Under the pieces are notes generated by a model, which was given only the letters and a program-made list of their open reading frames with translations, ran no database searches and had not been told where the DNA came from. DNA of 64,000 bases from Candidatus Woesearchaeota archaeon (GTDB lineage: Archaea > Nanobdellota > Nanobdellia > Pacearchaeales > JAHJTO01). Below, piece by piece: positions 27,525-36,396 of this stretch. Made by a program: the position numbers and the translations under genes. Location of the stretch: contig CAZIKY010000001.1 in NCBI GenBank assembly GCA_964540065.1, positions 14,798 to 78,797 of the forward strand, read 5' to 3'. Within the stretch, counting starts at the first letter, position 1. Each line of letters starts with the position of its first letter.

Positions 27525-28708
27525 TATAAAAACTGGTAAGCTATCCCCGCTACAAACACTGCTATAAGAACTGCGGCCCCAAGCCAGTTCAAAGGAACAC
27601 TGTATTCCGGCTTTCTCTGGCTTCTTTTCTTAGCATATAGGGCAGTAAGAACAAGGATTATTCCTTCAATCCCTCCAGCTACTGCCCCGGTAAGACCTAT
27701 AACCCCTATAAAAGATCTGGCCCCTAAGCTAAAAAGTAAAAGGGGAACAATCCAAGTTAAGAACCAGGAAACCCCCCAAGGCAGCCCATAATCATATCTC
27801 AACATCCACTTCATTGCCAGCCCCAAAAGCAGGAATGAAGATGCCATCGAAAATATTGCAAAAAGATTTCCAAGAAAGATCATTCTTTGCCCAATTAGCT
27901 GCCCCAAACCAATCGTACTTATTTCAGTAGTTGAAATTCCCGTAGACCCGACAACCACGAAAGTAAAAAGAGCATAGAGCAGGATTACAGAAGCGCTTCC
28001 GATGAAAATCGCTTTCTTGAGTTTTTTAGGATCTTTGACAAGCTCCGCCCTCATCTCAGGAATGGCAGATGCCCCCACAAAGGCGAAGAAGATTACACCA
28101 TAAGGCAAGAAAGCATTCGCCAGATCATAGCCTTTCAGGTTTTCAAATTCTACATGAGGTGCCCCAAAGATTATGATTAAGATCATTAAAACAACCATCA
28201 CTCCTGCAAGAATGAGCTCGGATCTGGCAATGAAATCTAGGTTGAAGAAAAGCATAGCAGAAAACAGGGCAAAGAAGATAAAACTCCATATGAGTGGGGT
28301 GCCCCCTAAGATTGCAGATAAAGCCTCTCCCTCTCCAATTGTATATGCGATCAAAGCCCCATAAATCCCAAAAACAGTTGTCAAGGTTAAAATCTCTTTC
28401 CACCACTTTCCAAGATAAATTCCAGCATATCCTGCAAGCATATGGTTATCCTTGGTCCTCAAAGAAATCTCTCCGACATAAAGGTTCATCAGAAGGATTA
28501 TCGCGCCGAGAATCAGAATGTTAAGGATTCCAAAGATGAAACCCGACTTAGCAACAACATAAGGGATTCCAAGAACCCCTGCCCCTATTACTGTCCCGAT
28601 AAGAAGGGCAAATGATTCTATAAATCTCGACCTCTTTTCAAACATTATTAAAAGAATATCTCGGCTGTTATAAACATAACGCTGTTCATCGACGTCCAAT
28701 AGACTCAC
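27521..28708 (-). CDS. polytopic membrane permease, APC-superfamily-like (putative amino-acid transporter)
   Basis: 395 aa with about 11 hydrophobic helices and Gly-rich TM segments (GTVIGAGVLGIPY...). Family assignment from overall architecture only. Confidence 0.5.
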   Translation of the reverse strand: MSLLDVDEQRYVYNSRDILLIMFEKRSRFIESFALLIGTVIGAGVLGIPYVVAKSGFIFGILNILILGAIILLMNLYVGEISLRTKDNHMLAGYAGIYLGKWWKEILTLTTVFGIYGALIAYTIGEGEALSAILGGTPLIWSFIFFALFSAMLFFNLDFIARSELILAGVMVVLMILIIIFGAPHVEFENLKGYDLANAFLPYGVIFFAFVGASAIPEMRAELVKDPKKLKKAIFIGSASVILLYALFTFVVVGSTGISTTEISTIGLGQLIGQRMIFLGNLFAIFSMASSFLLLGLAMKWMLRYDYGLPWGVSWFLTWIVPLLLFSLGARSFIGVIGLTGAVAGGIEGIILVLTALYAKKRSQRKPEYSVPLNWLGAAVLIAVFVAGIAYQFLY

Positions 28709-28740
28709 ATTTTTAAATCAAACAAACTTCCTTAGATTGT

Positions 28741-28831
28741 GGGCCCATCGTCTAACGGATAGGACAAACGGCTTCGGAGAACATAATTTCGGAGAGACCG
28801 TTTAATTGGGGTTCGAATCCTCATGGGCTCA
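28741..28831 (+). tRNA. tRNA-Arg(UCG): tRNA-Arg (anticodon UCG) with a ~19-nt canonical intron
   Basis: Acceptor GGGCCCA / TGGGCTC, discriminator A. D-arm GTCT-AACGGATA-GGAC. Anticodon stem AACGG/CCGTT enclosing CTTCGG + intron (AGAACATAATTTCGGAGAG) + A. T-arm TGGGG-TTCGAAT-CCTCA. The motif TTCGGAGA is duplicated across the intron boundary. Confidence 0.75.
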
Positions 28832-29542
28832 TCAAACTTCTATGGCTCGTTTAGTATCGATCTCTATCCCTTTATTTGTTATGCCCATAGGAAAGGTCTT
28901 CTCGGGGATCTTAGTGCTCCTCATCTTAAGAACTTCCAATCCCCTAAATCTCACACCTTTCTTTTTAGTGTGGTAAAGAATAATTATGCTGTCCACTTCA
29001 AAACCTAGTTCGGAATCTGCCGAGATGCTGTCTTTTTCTATAGCCTGCGAAGTCAAGAGCGCAGTGCATCCCCACTGATTAATTAACTCAAAGAGAGCAA
29101 GCGCAGCCTCTTTCCTCATAAGCTCGCTCTGATAAAGCAACGCAAAGGAGCTTATGCTGTCTATAACGATTCTTGTCGCTTTAATGTCCTCTATTATTTC
29201 TTCGATTTCTCCGCCACCCTCGGTTATAAGCCTCTTAACCTGCTCAGGGGTATATTCCAAAAATACGAACTTCCCTTTCTTTTCATAACTTTCAAAATCC
29301 CAACCAAAGGGGACAAGATCGCTGTATGCTTTTTTCTTTTTTTCTTCAAAGGTAACATAAATGCAGCTTTCACCGTTTTTCAATCCCTCCATAAGGAATT
29401 GAAAGGATAATATTGTCTTTCCAGATCCAGCACCTCCAGCAACGAGGTTCACAGAATTTTTCTTAAAACCTCCGATTAATTTGTCTAGGTTGACTACTCC
29501 AGTTTTAGCCCGATTGTTTTTTGAGGTTTTTTTAATTGCCAT
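28832..29542 (-). CDS. KaiC/RadA-like RecA-superfamily ATPase (COG0467-type, single domain)
   Basis: GVVNLDKLIGGFKKNSVNLVAGGAGSGKTILSFQFLMEG...CIYVTFEE (Walker A), RIVIDSIS (Walker B), and the C-terminal ...RGLEVLKMRSTKIPEKTFPMGITNKGIEI typical of KaiC-like proteins. Confidence 0.85.
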   Translation of the reverse strand: MAIKKTSKNNRAKTGVVNLDKLIGGFKKNSVNLVAGGAGSGKTILSFQFLMEGLKNGESCIYVTFEEKKKKAYSDLVPFGWDFESYEKKGKFVFLEYTPEQVKRLITEGGGEIEEIIEDIKATRIVIDSISSFALLYQSELMRKEAALALFELINQWGCTALLTSQAIEKDSISADSELGFEVDSIIILYHTKKKGVRFRGLEVLKMRSTKIPEKTFPMGITNKGIEIDTKRAIEV

Positions 29543-29585
29543 ATAAATAAAATTTAAGCAGTGTTTTTTAAAGTTTTAGGCCGAT

Positions 29586-30116
29586 CTAGATGCTCATTAT
29601 TGCGTCTGCAAACATAGAAATATCTGCAAGAAGGTCTTTTCTTTTTTCACGCGCAAAAAGATATACTGATTTAGTATCTTTTTTATGGAGTTGGGTTATT
29701 AAGGAATGCAAAAACTGCATCACTTTCGTTTCATCATTGTACAAAAGGATGCTTGAGATGTTATCAATAAGCAAAAATTTTATTTTCTCTTTTCTGAATG
29801 TGCGATTTAAAACAGAGGCAAGTTCGATCAGAGAAGTGGGAGAAGTTAAATGGATATTCCCGTTTCCAGTTTCAAAGTGTTTTTTCGGAAAGCAGTCTAT
29901 GATGATATACTTAGAAGAATCTATGCCTTCTTCACCCAATTTTTTAGCAAGCAATTCGGCAGGTTGGGTAAAAGAGACTAAAAGAATTTTTTTAAATTTG
30001 TCTGAAGCAGAACTGCATAAGTTCAAAACAGCTTTAGGACAAGATTTAGCCTCGCATACTGCAACAATATTTTGGTTTTTCTTGAGATGATCAATGACTT
30101 TTTTTCCGTCCCCCAT
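29586..30116 (-). CDS. degenerate KaiC-like protein lacking a P-loop (putative pseudo-ATPase partner)
   Basis: 176 aa. Retains the KaiC-like layout (ILLVSFTQPAELL..., IIIDCF, LLIDNISSIL, ...DLLADISMFADAIMSI) but no GxxxxGK[TS]. Confidence 0.45.
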   Translation of the reverse strand: MGDGKKVIDHLKKNQNIVAVCEAKSCPKAVLNLCSSASDKFKKILLVSFTQPAELLAKKLGEEGIDSSKYIIIDCFPKKHFETGNGNIHLTSPTSLIELASVLNRTFRKEKIKFLLIDNISSILLYNDETKVMQFLHSLITQLHKKDTKSVYLFAREKRKDLLADISMFADAIMSI

Positions 30117-30117
30117 A

Positions 30118-30495
30118 TTAATCTTCTCCTAAAATCTTTCTTACCTTGCCCTTAAATCCCTTTAAGTCTGCTATGGGTTTCTGGAAATATTCTTCCGGCT
30201 TCAGCTTGGCAATAATTTCTTTTCCGGGATGGCTTAGTCTCACAACAGTTAAAAGCGCTACCTTCTGGCTCTTGAGTTTTGGATCCTTTCTTATTTTTTC
30301 TAAAACTGCCCTTCCAGACATCTTGGGCATTATAATATCAAGCAAGACTAGATCAAATTTGGCCTTTTTCAAGGCATCTATTGCACTCTTTCCATCAGGG
30401 GCTTCTGAAACTTTGTAGCCCATACTTTCAAGAACCATCCTAGTAGAATCACGGATCTCTTTATCATCATCTACAACAAGTATGCTTTTCACCAT
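30118..30495 (-). CDS. response regulator, receiver domain only (CheY-like)
   Basis: ILVVDDDKEIRDSTRMVLESMGYKV...FDLVLLDIIMPKMSG...KVALLT; phospho-acceptor Asp in LLDI; 125 aa. Confidence 0.9.
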   Translation of the reverse strand: MVKSILVVDDDKEIRDSTRMVLESMGYKVSEAPDGKSAIDALKKAKFDLVLLDIIMPKMSGRAVLEKIRKDPKLKSQKVALLTVVRLSHPGKEIIAKLKPEEYFQKPIADLKGFKGKVRKILGED

Positions 30496-30582
30496 ATTAC
30501 ACCCTTTTGATTATAAATTTAAATAAATTCTCCTGCTATTTAAATTCTTCCAGACTCTGCCATTTTAGGTAAGAGAAGAGAA

Positions 30583-32091
30583 TCACTTTTTAGACGGGAG
30601 ATAGAAGTAAAAAGTGGAGCCCTTACCCGGCTTGCTTTCCAGCCATATCTTTCCTTTATGCTGCTCGACTATTCCCTTGCATATAGACAATCCAAGACCT
30701 ATCCCTTTGACGGCTTTTGTACGAGGCATCTTAGCCTGGAAAAATGGAGAGAACAAGTTCCTTTGATCTTCTTTAGATATGCCGATACCCGTATCTGCGA
30801 TTTTGAAAGTTATGCCCTTTTCATCTCTTCCATAATCAAGAGTGATACTCCCGCCACTAGAAGTAAACTTAAAGGCATTATCTATTAGGTTGATAAAAAC
30901 CTGCTCGATCCTCCTTGGATCACAAGAAACCACCAAGTTGTCAGGAATATTGTTTACTAAGGAGATCTTATTTTTGTCAGCAATAGGCAGGTATTTTTTC
31001 ACGACCTCTTTAACCATCTTTCCCACATCAGAACCTTTAATCTCCAATGAAATGCCTTTGATGTGGATCCTTGATGCCAAGAGGATGTCTTCTATAAGGC
31101 TGTTAAGGCGTTGCATGTTCCTCAAGATAGTATTGAGGCTCTCTTTTTGTTTGTCCGAAACCTTTCCAAAATCTCCTTCCTTCATCATCTGGGTCTGGAT
31201 CATAATCGGAGTTAATGGAGTTTTTAGTTCATGCGAGGTCCTAAACAAAATCTGCTCACGGGCTTTGTCTACCTGCTTGCCTATTTCAACTTCCCGTTTA
31301 AGTTTAGACAACTCTTCTCTGGCCTCTTCGATCTTTTCAAGTGCAGCCACCCCTTTGTTAAACGCTTCTCCAAGATCCTGGAACTCGTTTCCAGTCTTAA
31401 GCTTCACCCTCGACTTAAAGTCCCCTCCTTCAACTTTTTTATTCGCCTTTATAAGAGTTTCAATAGGCTCGGTTATCTCCCTTAAAGTCCTTAATGACGC
31501 CGCCATTGTGACTGCCAATAATATAGCCATCAGAGAAAAGAACAGGTTCCGATTAAGCTTCTGTTGACTTGTCACCTGCAAAAGTGTCCGATCATGGAGC
31601 TCGTTTGAAAGGTCGACGATTAACTGCGAAGTCGCCAGCAATTCTTCGGTCTTTTTTTCTTCAAAATTTAACGCAAGATCTATTTCCTCTTTAGGCGCCT
31701 TTTCTCTGATAAGCTTATGAAGATTTTCATGTGACGATGCCCATTCATTAAACAAGTTGCCGAAAATAAGATAGCCAACCCTTATCTCCCTTACAAAATC
31801 AGATTCCCTCTCTTCCTCTTCTACCCTCTGCAAAACAGATAATCCGGAATCGTATACTGGCTGCCATCGATTTTTTAATCCGTTGAGCCATTCATCGGTA
31901 TGTGTTGAGGCGCCAGGATCTCTTACAATGAGGTTAAGCTCAAATACCAGGTTCCTGGTGCTCTCTGCTAACAACAGCTTCGCGTCTTCTTTAGCGATGA
32001 GATTAAAGACAACCGCTTGCGAGATCATAAGGGTGCCAATTAAGATTATGGAAGTTAAAATGCTAGTGTTAAGTGTAGTTTTTATCTTCAT
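30583..32091 (-). CDS. sensor histidine kinase (two TM helices, extracytoplasmic sensor domain, HAMP, HisKA, HATPase_c)
   Basis: H-box 'TSHELKTPLTPI', N-box '...LIDNAFKFT', G-boxes 'DTGIGI' and 'GIGLGLSICKGIVEQHKGKIWLES'. TM1 near the N-terminus, TM2 'LFFSLMAILLAVTMAASL'. Confidence 0.9.
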   Translation of the reverse strand: MKIKTTLNTSILTSIILIGTLMISQAVVFNLIAKEDAKLLLAESTRNLVFELNLIVRDPGASTHTDEWLNGLKNRWQPVYDSGLSVLQRVEEEERESDFVREIRVGYLIFGNLFNEWASSHENLHKLIREKAPKEEIDLALNFEEKKTEELLATSQLIVDLSNELHDRTLLQVTSQQKLNRNLFFSLMAILLAVTMAASLRTLREITEPIETLIKANKKVEGGDFKSRVKLKTGNEFQDLGEAFNKGVAALEKIEEAREELSKLKREVEIGKQVDKAREQILFRTSHELKTPLTPIMIQTQMMKEGDFGKVSDKQKESLNTILRNMQRLNSLIEDILLASRIHIKGISLEIKGSDVGKMVKEVVKKYLPIADKNKISLVNNIPDNLVVSCDPRRIEQVFINLIDNAFKFTSSGGSITLDYGRDEKGITFKIADTGIGISKEDQRNLFSPFFQAKMPRTKAVKGIGLGLSICKGIVEQHKGKIWLESKPGKGSTFYFYLPSKK

Positions 32092-33035
32092 TTCTTATGC
32101 AAGCTAGGGATTGTTATTTTAAGCATTTTTTTCATAATCTCTGGATCAAAATAAAGAATCAGGAAGAATATTGCAACAAGAGTCAAAAGAGATGGGATCA
32201 CAAACTTAAGCATTCTCAGTCTGAAAATTTCCATTTCTGCCGCTTCTACTTGCTCCCTTACGCTTGCTTCATGGAACCTATTTCTAAATTTATTCCATGG
32301 ATGTATTCTTTCCCCAGTCGTTAAGTTATAATAATAAGCAGTTGTGCGATCTTCATATTTTATCATCCTGCCGGTTATGGGCTCAACCCATAATTGCAGA
32401 TTGACATCCAAGTTTATTCCCCTTTCTTCGGGCACGCCAGGAAGATGCCCCAGATTTTCAGTTTGGTCAGCTTTATAATTCGTTTCGTATCGATAAACTC
32501 TAAGGCCTTTAACTTCAGCTTCCTCTTTTAATTCCATATTAGCAGGATTATTATAATTTACATGCCAATAAGTAAAGTTCCGGCCTTTCTCAGGGTTTCG
32601 CGGAGCAAAAAGGTATCCTTCCCGATCCCTGTCGCCGTATCCCGGAACATGCTCTCCGGTTCGCGGATCTATTCCGTACAACCTTTCAACTGAAAAGATC
32701 TTCTCTCCAGTAAATCTTTTGACATCAAAAGTATTTTTGATAATCAAAATCCCATCTTTTTTATCAACGACTTCATAGAAGAAATCTGTATCTGAAAAGA
32801 ATTCTCCTCCGAAATCCAGCTTTGATTCATCATAAAAATTATCTATCGAAAAGATTTCTGCATTGTAAGAAAAGTCGTCAGGTATTTTTTCAATATTCGG
32901 AGAGATGTAGAATATCCAAACAGGAACCATGAGCAGCAAGATTATTGCAACAAAGAGTAAATTTTTGTTGCTTCTCTTACTCCCCAAGCCTTCATTCTTG
33001 CCTTTAAACATGTTTACCCCTCTCTTTGCAACCAT
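32088..33035 (-). CDS. hypothetical membrane protein (N-terminal and C-terminal TM helices flanking an extracytoplasmic domain)
   Basis: 315 aa. TM near residues 25-47 and at the C-terminus (FVIPSLLTLVAIFFLILYF). Start overlaps the HK stop (32088-32091). Confidence 0.5.
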   Translation of the reverse strand: MVAKRGVNMFKGKNEGLGSKRSNKNLLFVAIILLLMVPVWIFYISPNIEKIPDDFSYNAEIFSIDNFYDESKLDFGGEFFSDTDFFYEVVDKKDGILIIKNTFDVKRFTGEKIFSVERLYGIDPRTGEHVPGYGDRDREGYLFAPRNPEKGRNFTYWHVNYNNPANMELKEEAEVKGLRVYRYETNYKADQTENLGHLPGVPEERGINLDVNLQLWVEPITGRMIKYEDRTTAYYYNLTTGERIHPWNKFRNRFHEASVREQVEAAEMEIFRLRMLKFVIPSLLTLVAIFFLILYFDPEIMKKMLKITIPSLHKK

Positions 33036-33075
33036 TTATAATAAAAGGAGAAGGCAATTTATAAACTTGCCCAAA

Positions 33076-34044
33076 TCAGAAGCCGGAAAAGATCCCGCCG
33101 AATGCTAATCTTACAAGGAAAAACAGCCCTAGGCTCAGCAAGATTAGCACGGGGATATACTTCACCCCTTCAGTGCCCCTTCCTTTGCTTATCAATCCAA
33201 TGATTATCCCTCCGAAGATATCTAGCATTACAATTACTGAAATGATATATCCTAAAATAAATCCTTCAGATATTACTGGCACTCCAAAGGTCAGAGGAAG
33301 AGCTACACCTGAAGGTATCTCTATCTGAGAAAGCTGAGTTATAACCACTTTAGAAAGCAGCGCAGAAAGCGCAAAGATTATCGGCGTAGCAAAAACTAGC
33401 GCCGAAAGAATAAAGATAGAGTACATTAAAACTGAAGCCCTAATTCTTTCTTCCATCTGTGCCTGATTCCTAAGATTCTGTGCAGTTTGAGTCAGAAGCA
33501 GGGCCAATTTCCCTCCGCTCCTCATTCCATAAACTATAAGCGAAGCTGTCCTGCTAAGCTTCTCACTTCTTACCCTTTTAGTCATGTCAAGAATAGCATA
33601 CTCAAAACTTTTTCCAGTAGCTATCTCCCTTCCTACAATAGAAAGTTCAGTTGCGAGGGGGCCAAGTTCATGCCTGACACTTGTAAGCACCGCTTTTTCA
33701 ACAGGCAGACCTGCCTTCAAATTAGAGGCTATAAGCTGAAGCGCATCTGGCAGAACTTCCTCGATAAACTTAGCTTTTTTATCTGCCCTAAAGATCAGAT
33801 AAAAGTAAAGCGCTCCTTGCAAAAGAACCGAGGTCACAAGAAAAACAATTGCAGAATAGAGTAAGGTATATCCGAAGAATAAATTCAGCACAAAAGAAAG
33901 TAACAAACCAGTTGAAAGGCTGAAAAAGATCATAAAACCGACAAAATAATCTTTGTCGACTTTCATGTCAGAATACTTCATAAGATTAGAAACATTATTC
34001 CTGAATGCTGGAGGATAGAACTTAGCTATTATTTTGTATACCAT
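33076..34044 (-). CDS. type II secretion system F-domain membrane protein (TadB/FlaJ-half-like)
   Basis: T2SSF-like segment ...LPDALQLIASNLKAGLPVEKAV...GKSFEYAILDMTKRVRSEKLSRTASLIVYGMRSGGKL... plus TM helices. Overlaps the upstream gene at 34044-34046. Confidence 0.75.
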   Translation of the reverse strand: MVYKIIAKFYPPAFRNNVSNLMKYSDMKVDKDYFVGFMIFFSLSTGLLLSFVLNLFFGYTLLYSAIVFLVTSVLLQGALYFYLIFRADKKAKFIEEVLPDALQLIASNLKAGLPVEKAVLTSVRHELGPLATELSIVGREIATGKSFEYAILDMTKRVRSEKLSRTASLIVYGMRSGGKLALLLTQTAQNLRNQAQMEERIRASVLMYSIFILSALVFATPIIFALSALLSKVVITQLSQIEIPSGVALPLTFGVPVISEGFILGYIISVIVMLDIFGGIIIGLISKGRGTEGVKYIPVLILLSLGLFFLVRLAFGGIFSGF

Positions 34045-34045
34045 T

Positions 34046-34885
34046 TTACAGCAGACTAGGCCTCCTTGAACTTACCATCCCTATGAACATTATCTGTAGG
34101 AATAAGAAAACAAAATATGCCCCGTAAAATACTCCCCTTGCAGCTTCCGCGGAGATATTAACGAAAGAAAGGAAGATGACCAAGAAAGTTACGCTTAATG
34201 CCGGAAGAATAACTGCAATAAGCATGTAAAACATAGCCAGAGGAGTTAATCTGCTTCCATAATTCTGAATTTGGATTATCTGCTCTTCCGTGAGGGCTCT
34301 ATTTGTTTCTTCAATAACTGCTGAAATGTCTGCCCCGCCGCGCATCCCATTAATTATCTGCCATATCGCTCTTCTGAAGAATTTTGAGGGATTCCTTTCA
34401 GCCAAATCCTCCAAGGCTTTTATCTCGGGTTTTCCCGAGTTTATTTCTTTGACGGTTTTTTTCAATTCCTTTGAAATTTCCCCATAATCTGCCCTTGAGA
34501 TATTCACGAGCACTTCAAAAAGAGTTATCCCAGAGTTTATCTGCACATGTATACTCTGAAGGGCTGCAGAAAGATTCCTATCTAAGTTTCTAACCCTAAA
34601 AACTGCCTTTAAATTTGGCGAAAACATCTTTTGAAAAAATACAACTATTGAAAGAAGAAATGCAGTAAGCAAAGCCCACGAATATCCATTGTTTTCAAAA
34701 ATCAAGAGCACAAAAAAGAGCGCTAAAAGTGAAAAGGCAAAGAAAAACGAAGCGATCATCAGCGCTTCGGCAATATATTCTACTTCATCTTTTTCTATTC
34801 CGGCCTGAATGAGTTTGAGCTTTAAGTTAGGAAAAAACCTTCTAAGAAGATTTGCTGTCCCAAGGAAAGAATTGATTAAAGCCAT
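34046..34885 (-). CDS. type II secretion system F-domain membrane protein (TadC/FlaJ-half-like)
   Basis: ...LSAALQSIHVQINSGITLFEVL...KPEIKALEDLAERNPSKFFRRAIWQIINGMRGGADISAVIEE... plus TM helices. Together with 33076..34044 this looks like a split FlaJ. Confidence 0.75.
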   Translation of the reverse strand: MALINSFLGTANLLRRFFPNLKLKLIQAGIEKDEVEYIAEALMIASFFFAFSLLALFFVLLIFENNGYSWALLTAFLLSIVVFFQKMFSPNLKAVFRVRNLDRNLSAALQSIHVQINSGITLFEVLVNISRADYGEISKELKKTVKEINSGKPEIKALEDLAERNPSKFFRRAIWQIINGMRGGADISAVIEETNRALTEEQIIQIQNYGSRLTPLAMFYMLIAVILPALSVTFLVIFLSFVNISAEAARGVFYGAYFVFLFLQIMFIGMVSSRRPSLL

Positions 34886-34930
34886 TTTATTTACTTAAAT
34901 TATTATTTCTGAAGAAGTCCCCTCATCATC

Positions 34931-36376
34931 TTATCTTTTGGTATAATAATCTTTGATCGCTTTACCTACTTCTTCTATACTTCTGATATTCTTTTTGACT
35001 AAATTATCGAGTATCTTCTGTTTCTCTTCAAGATCTTTGTTTATTTCCCTCATGTCCATCCCAGTCACTCTGCTAAGATTATCGAAAAAAACTTGGCTCT
35101 TTGCATGAGGCAGGATCTTGTCAGTTCCCGGATGATACCTGTAAAGAATATTAGGGGTTATTTTAGTGCCTCCTTCTTCTTCGGTCTCGATGAACTCTCC
35201 AAGCTGGTAAATTCTTCTCACTCCCTTTCTCCTGTCTCTGAACATGACAACTCCAAGATGAACTGCTTTAAGCTGATTTGGGGGGACTGAAATCGGAGGA
35301 TTGACCAATCTCGTAACAGTATCTGCGATGGTGTCTGCATGCACGGTGGCATAAACGGAATGTCCCGTATGCATTGCTTCAAATAAAACTTCCGCCTCCT
35401 CCTTTCTTCTTATCTCTCCGAGAATTATTCTGTCCGGCCTCATTCTAAGACTGTTTACAAGCAGATCTATCATCCCGACTTCTCCTTTGCCTTCCGGGTT
35501 AGGAAGTCTTGTAACAAGCGGAGCCCAATAGAGGAAAGAAGGCAATTGAAGCTCTCTTGTCTGCTCAATAGTGATTATCCTGTGGTTCGGAGGAATGAAT
35601 GGCATCATTACATTCAGCAAGGAAGTTTTTCCAGAGGCAGTTCCACCAGAAACCAGAACGTTCATTTCGTACTGCACCGCAAGCCATAAGAGCGAAGCAA
35701 TCTCTGTAGTCAGAGTTTTATTCTTAATCAAGTCTACTATTGTCCAAGGATCTCTTGCAAACTTTCTGATAGTTATTGTATTTCCCTTAGTACTTATGGG
35801 ATAAAGAACGGCATTTGCTCTGTCTCCAGTAACTATGTGTGCATCAAGAAGAGGATTCAAAGTAGTAATCTGCCTTCCAGCACGCCTTGCAATAATATTT
35901 GAATAATTGACTATCTGCTCTTCACTTTCCGGAGTGATATTGGTCTCAAGCCAGCCATAAGACTTATGGTAAACCCTTATCGGTTCCTTTGATGAAGAGA
36001 TTACAACTTCCTCGAGAGCCGTATCGCCCAAAATAAATTCTATATCCCCCAACCCAAGCATGTCATTTATCAAAATCCCTATAAGAATATTTTTGGAGCT
36101 TTCATCAAGCCTCATTTCTTTTTCAAGGATCTCCGCGGCTGTAAACCTAAATCTTTCCTTAGATTTTTCAATCACGTTTGGATCCAAGATTTCTGTGGGC
36201 CCGAGAGCAACCTCTGTAATAAGCTTTTTTCTTATCTCTGAAAGGAAAGCATGAGTTGCAGGAGAAATTTTTGGAGGATAAAGCTTATAGAAAAAAGCTT
36301 TCTTTCCTTCTCCTTCAATCACAACATCTACTTTAATGCCTTCTGATTCGACTTTGTACTTTTCAATTATCACCAT
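34931..36376 (-). CDS. FlaI/TadA/VirB11-family secretion ATPase (type IV pilus assembly ATPase)
   Basis: Walker A 'VLVSGGTASGKTSLLNVMM'; Asp/His boxes 'RPDRIILGEIRRKEEAEVLFEAMHTGHSVYATVHADT'. 481 aa with an N-terminal domain typical of archaeal FlaI-like ATPases. Confidence 0.85.
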   Translation of the reverse strand: MVIIEKYKVESEGIKVDVVIEGEGKKAFFYKLYPPKISPATHAFLSEIRKKLITEVALGPTEILDPNVIEKSKERFRFTAAEILEKEMRLDESSKNILIGILINDMLGLGDIEFILGDTALEEVVISSSKEPIRVYHKSYGWLETNITPESEEQIVNYSNIIARRAGRQITTLNPLLDAHIVTGDRANAVLYPISTKGNTITIRKFARDPWTIVDLIKNKTLTTEIASLLWLAVQYEMNVLVSGGTASGKTSLLNVMMPFIPPNHRIITIEQTRELQLPSFLYWAPLVTRLPNPEGKGEVGMIDLLVNSLRMRPDRIILGEIRRKEEAEVLFEAMHTGHSVYATVHADTIADTVTRLVNPPISVPPNQLKAVHLGVVMFRDRRKGVRRIYQLGEFIETEEEGGTKITPNILYRYHPGTDKILPHAKSQVFFDNLSRVTGMDMREINKDLEEKQKILDNLVKKNIRSIEEVGKAIKDYYTKR

Positions 36377-36396
36377 CTTATTACTATTTGAATAAA

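Noticed and set aside
28143-30418. Short ORFs overlapping the permease, the KaiC-like genes and the response regulator on the opposite strand (28143..28406, 28173..28364, 28294..28524, 29590..30090, 30146..30418)
   Set aside because: Each is embedded in a longer ORF with clear domain signatures on the other strand. Their composition is typical of antisense frames.
30658-31567. + strand ORFs 30658..30888, 30842..31567 and 31231..31485 inside the histidine kinase gene
   Set aside because: Antisense to a gene with complete HisKA/HATPase motifs; no independent support.
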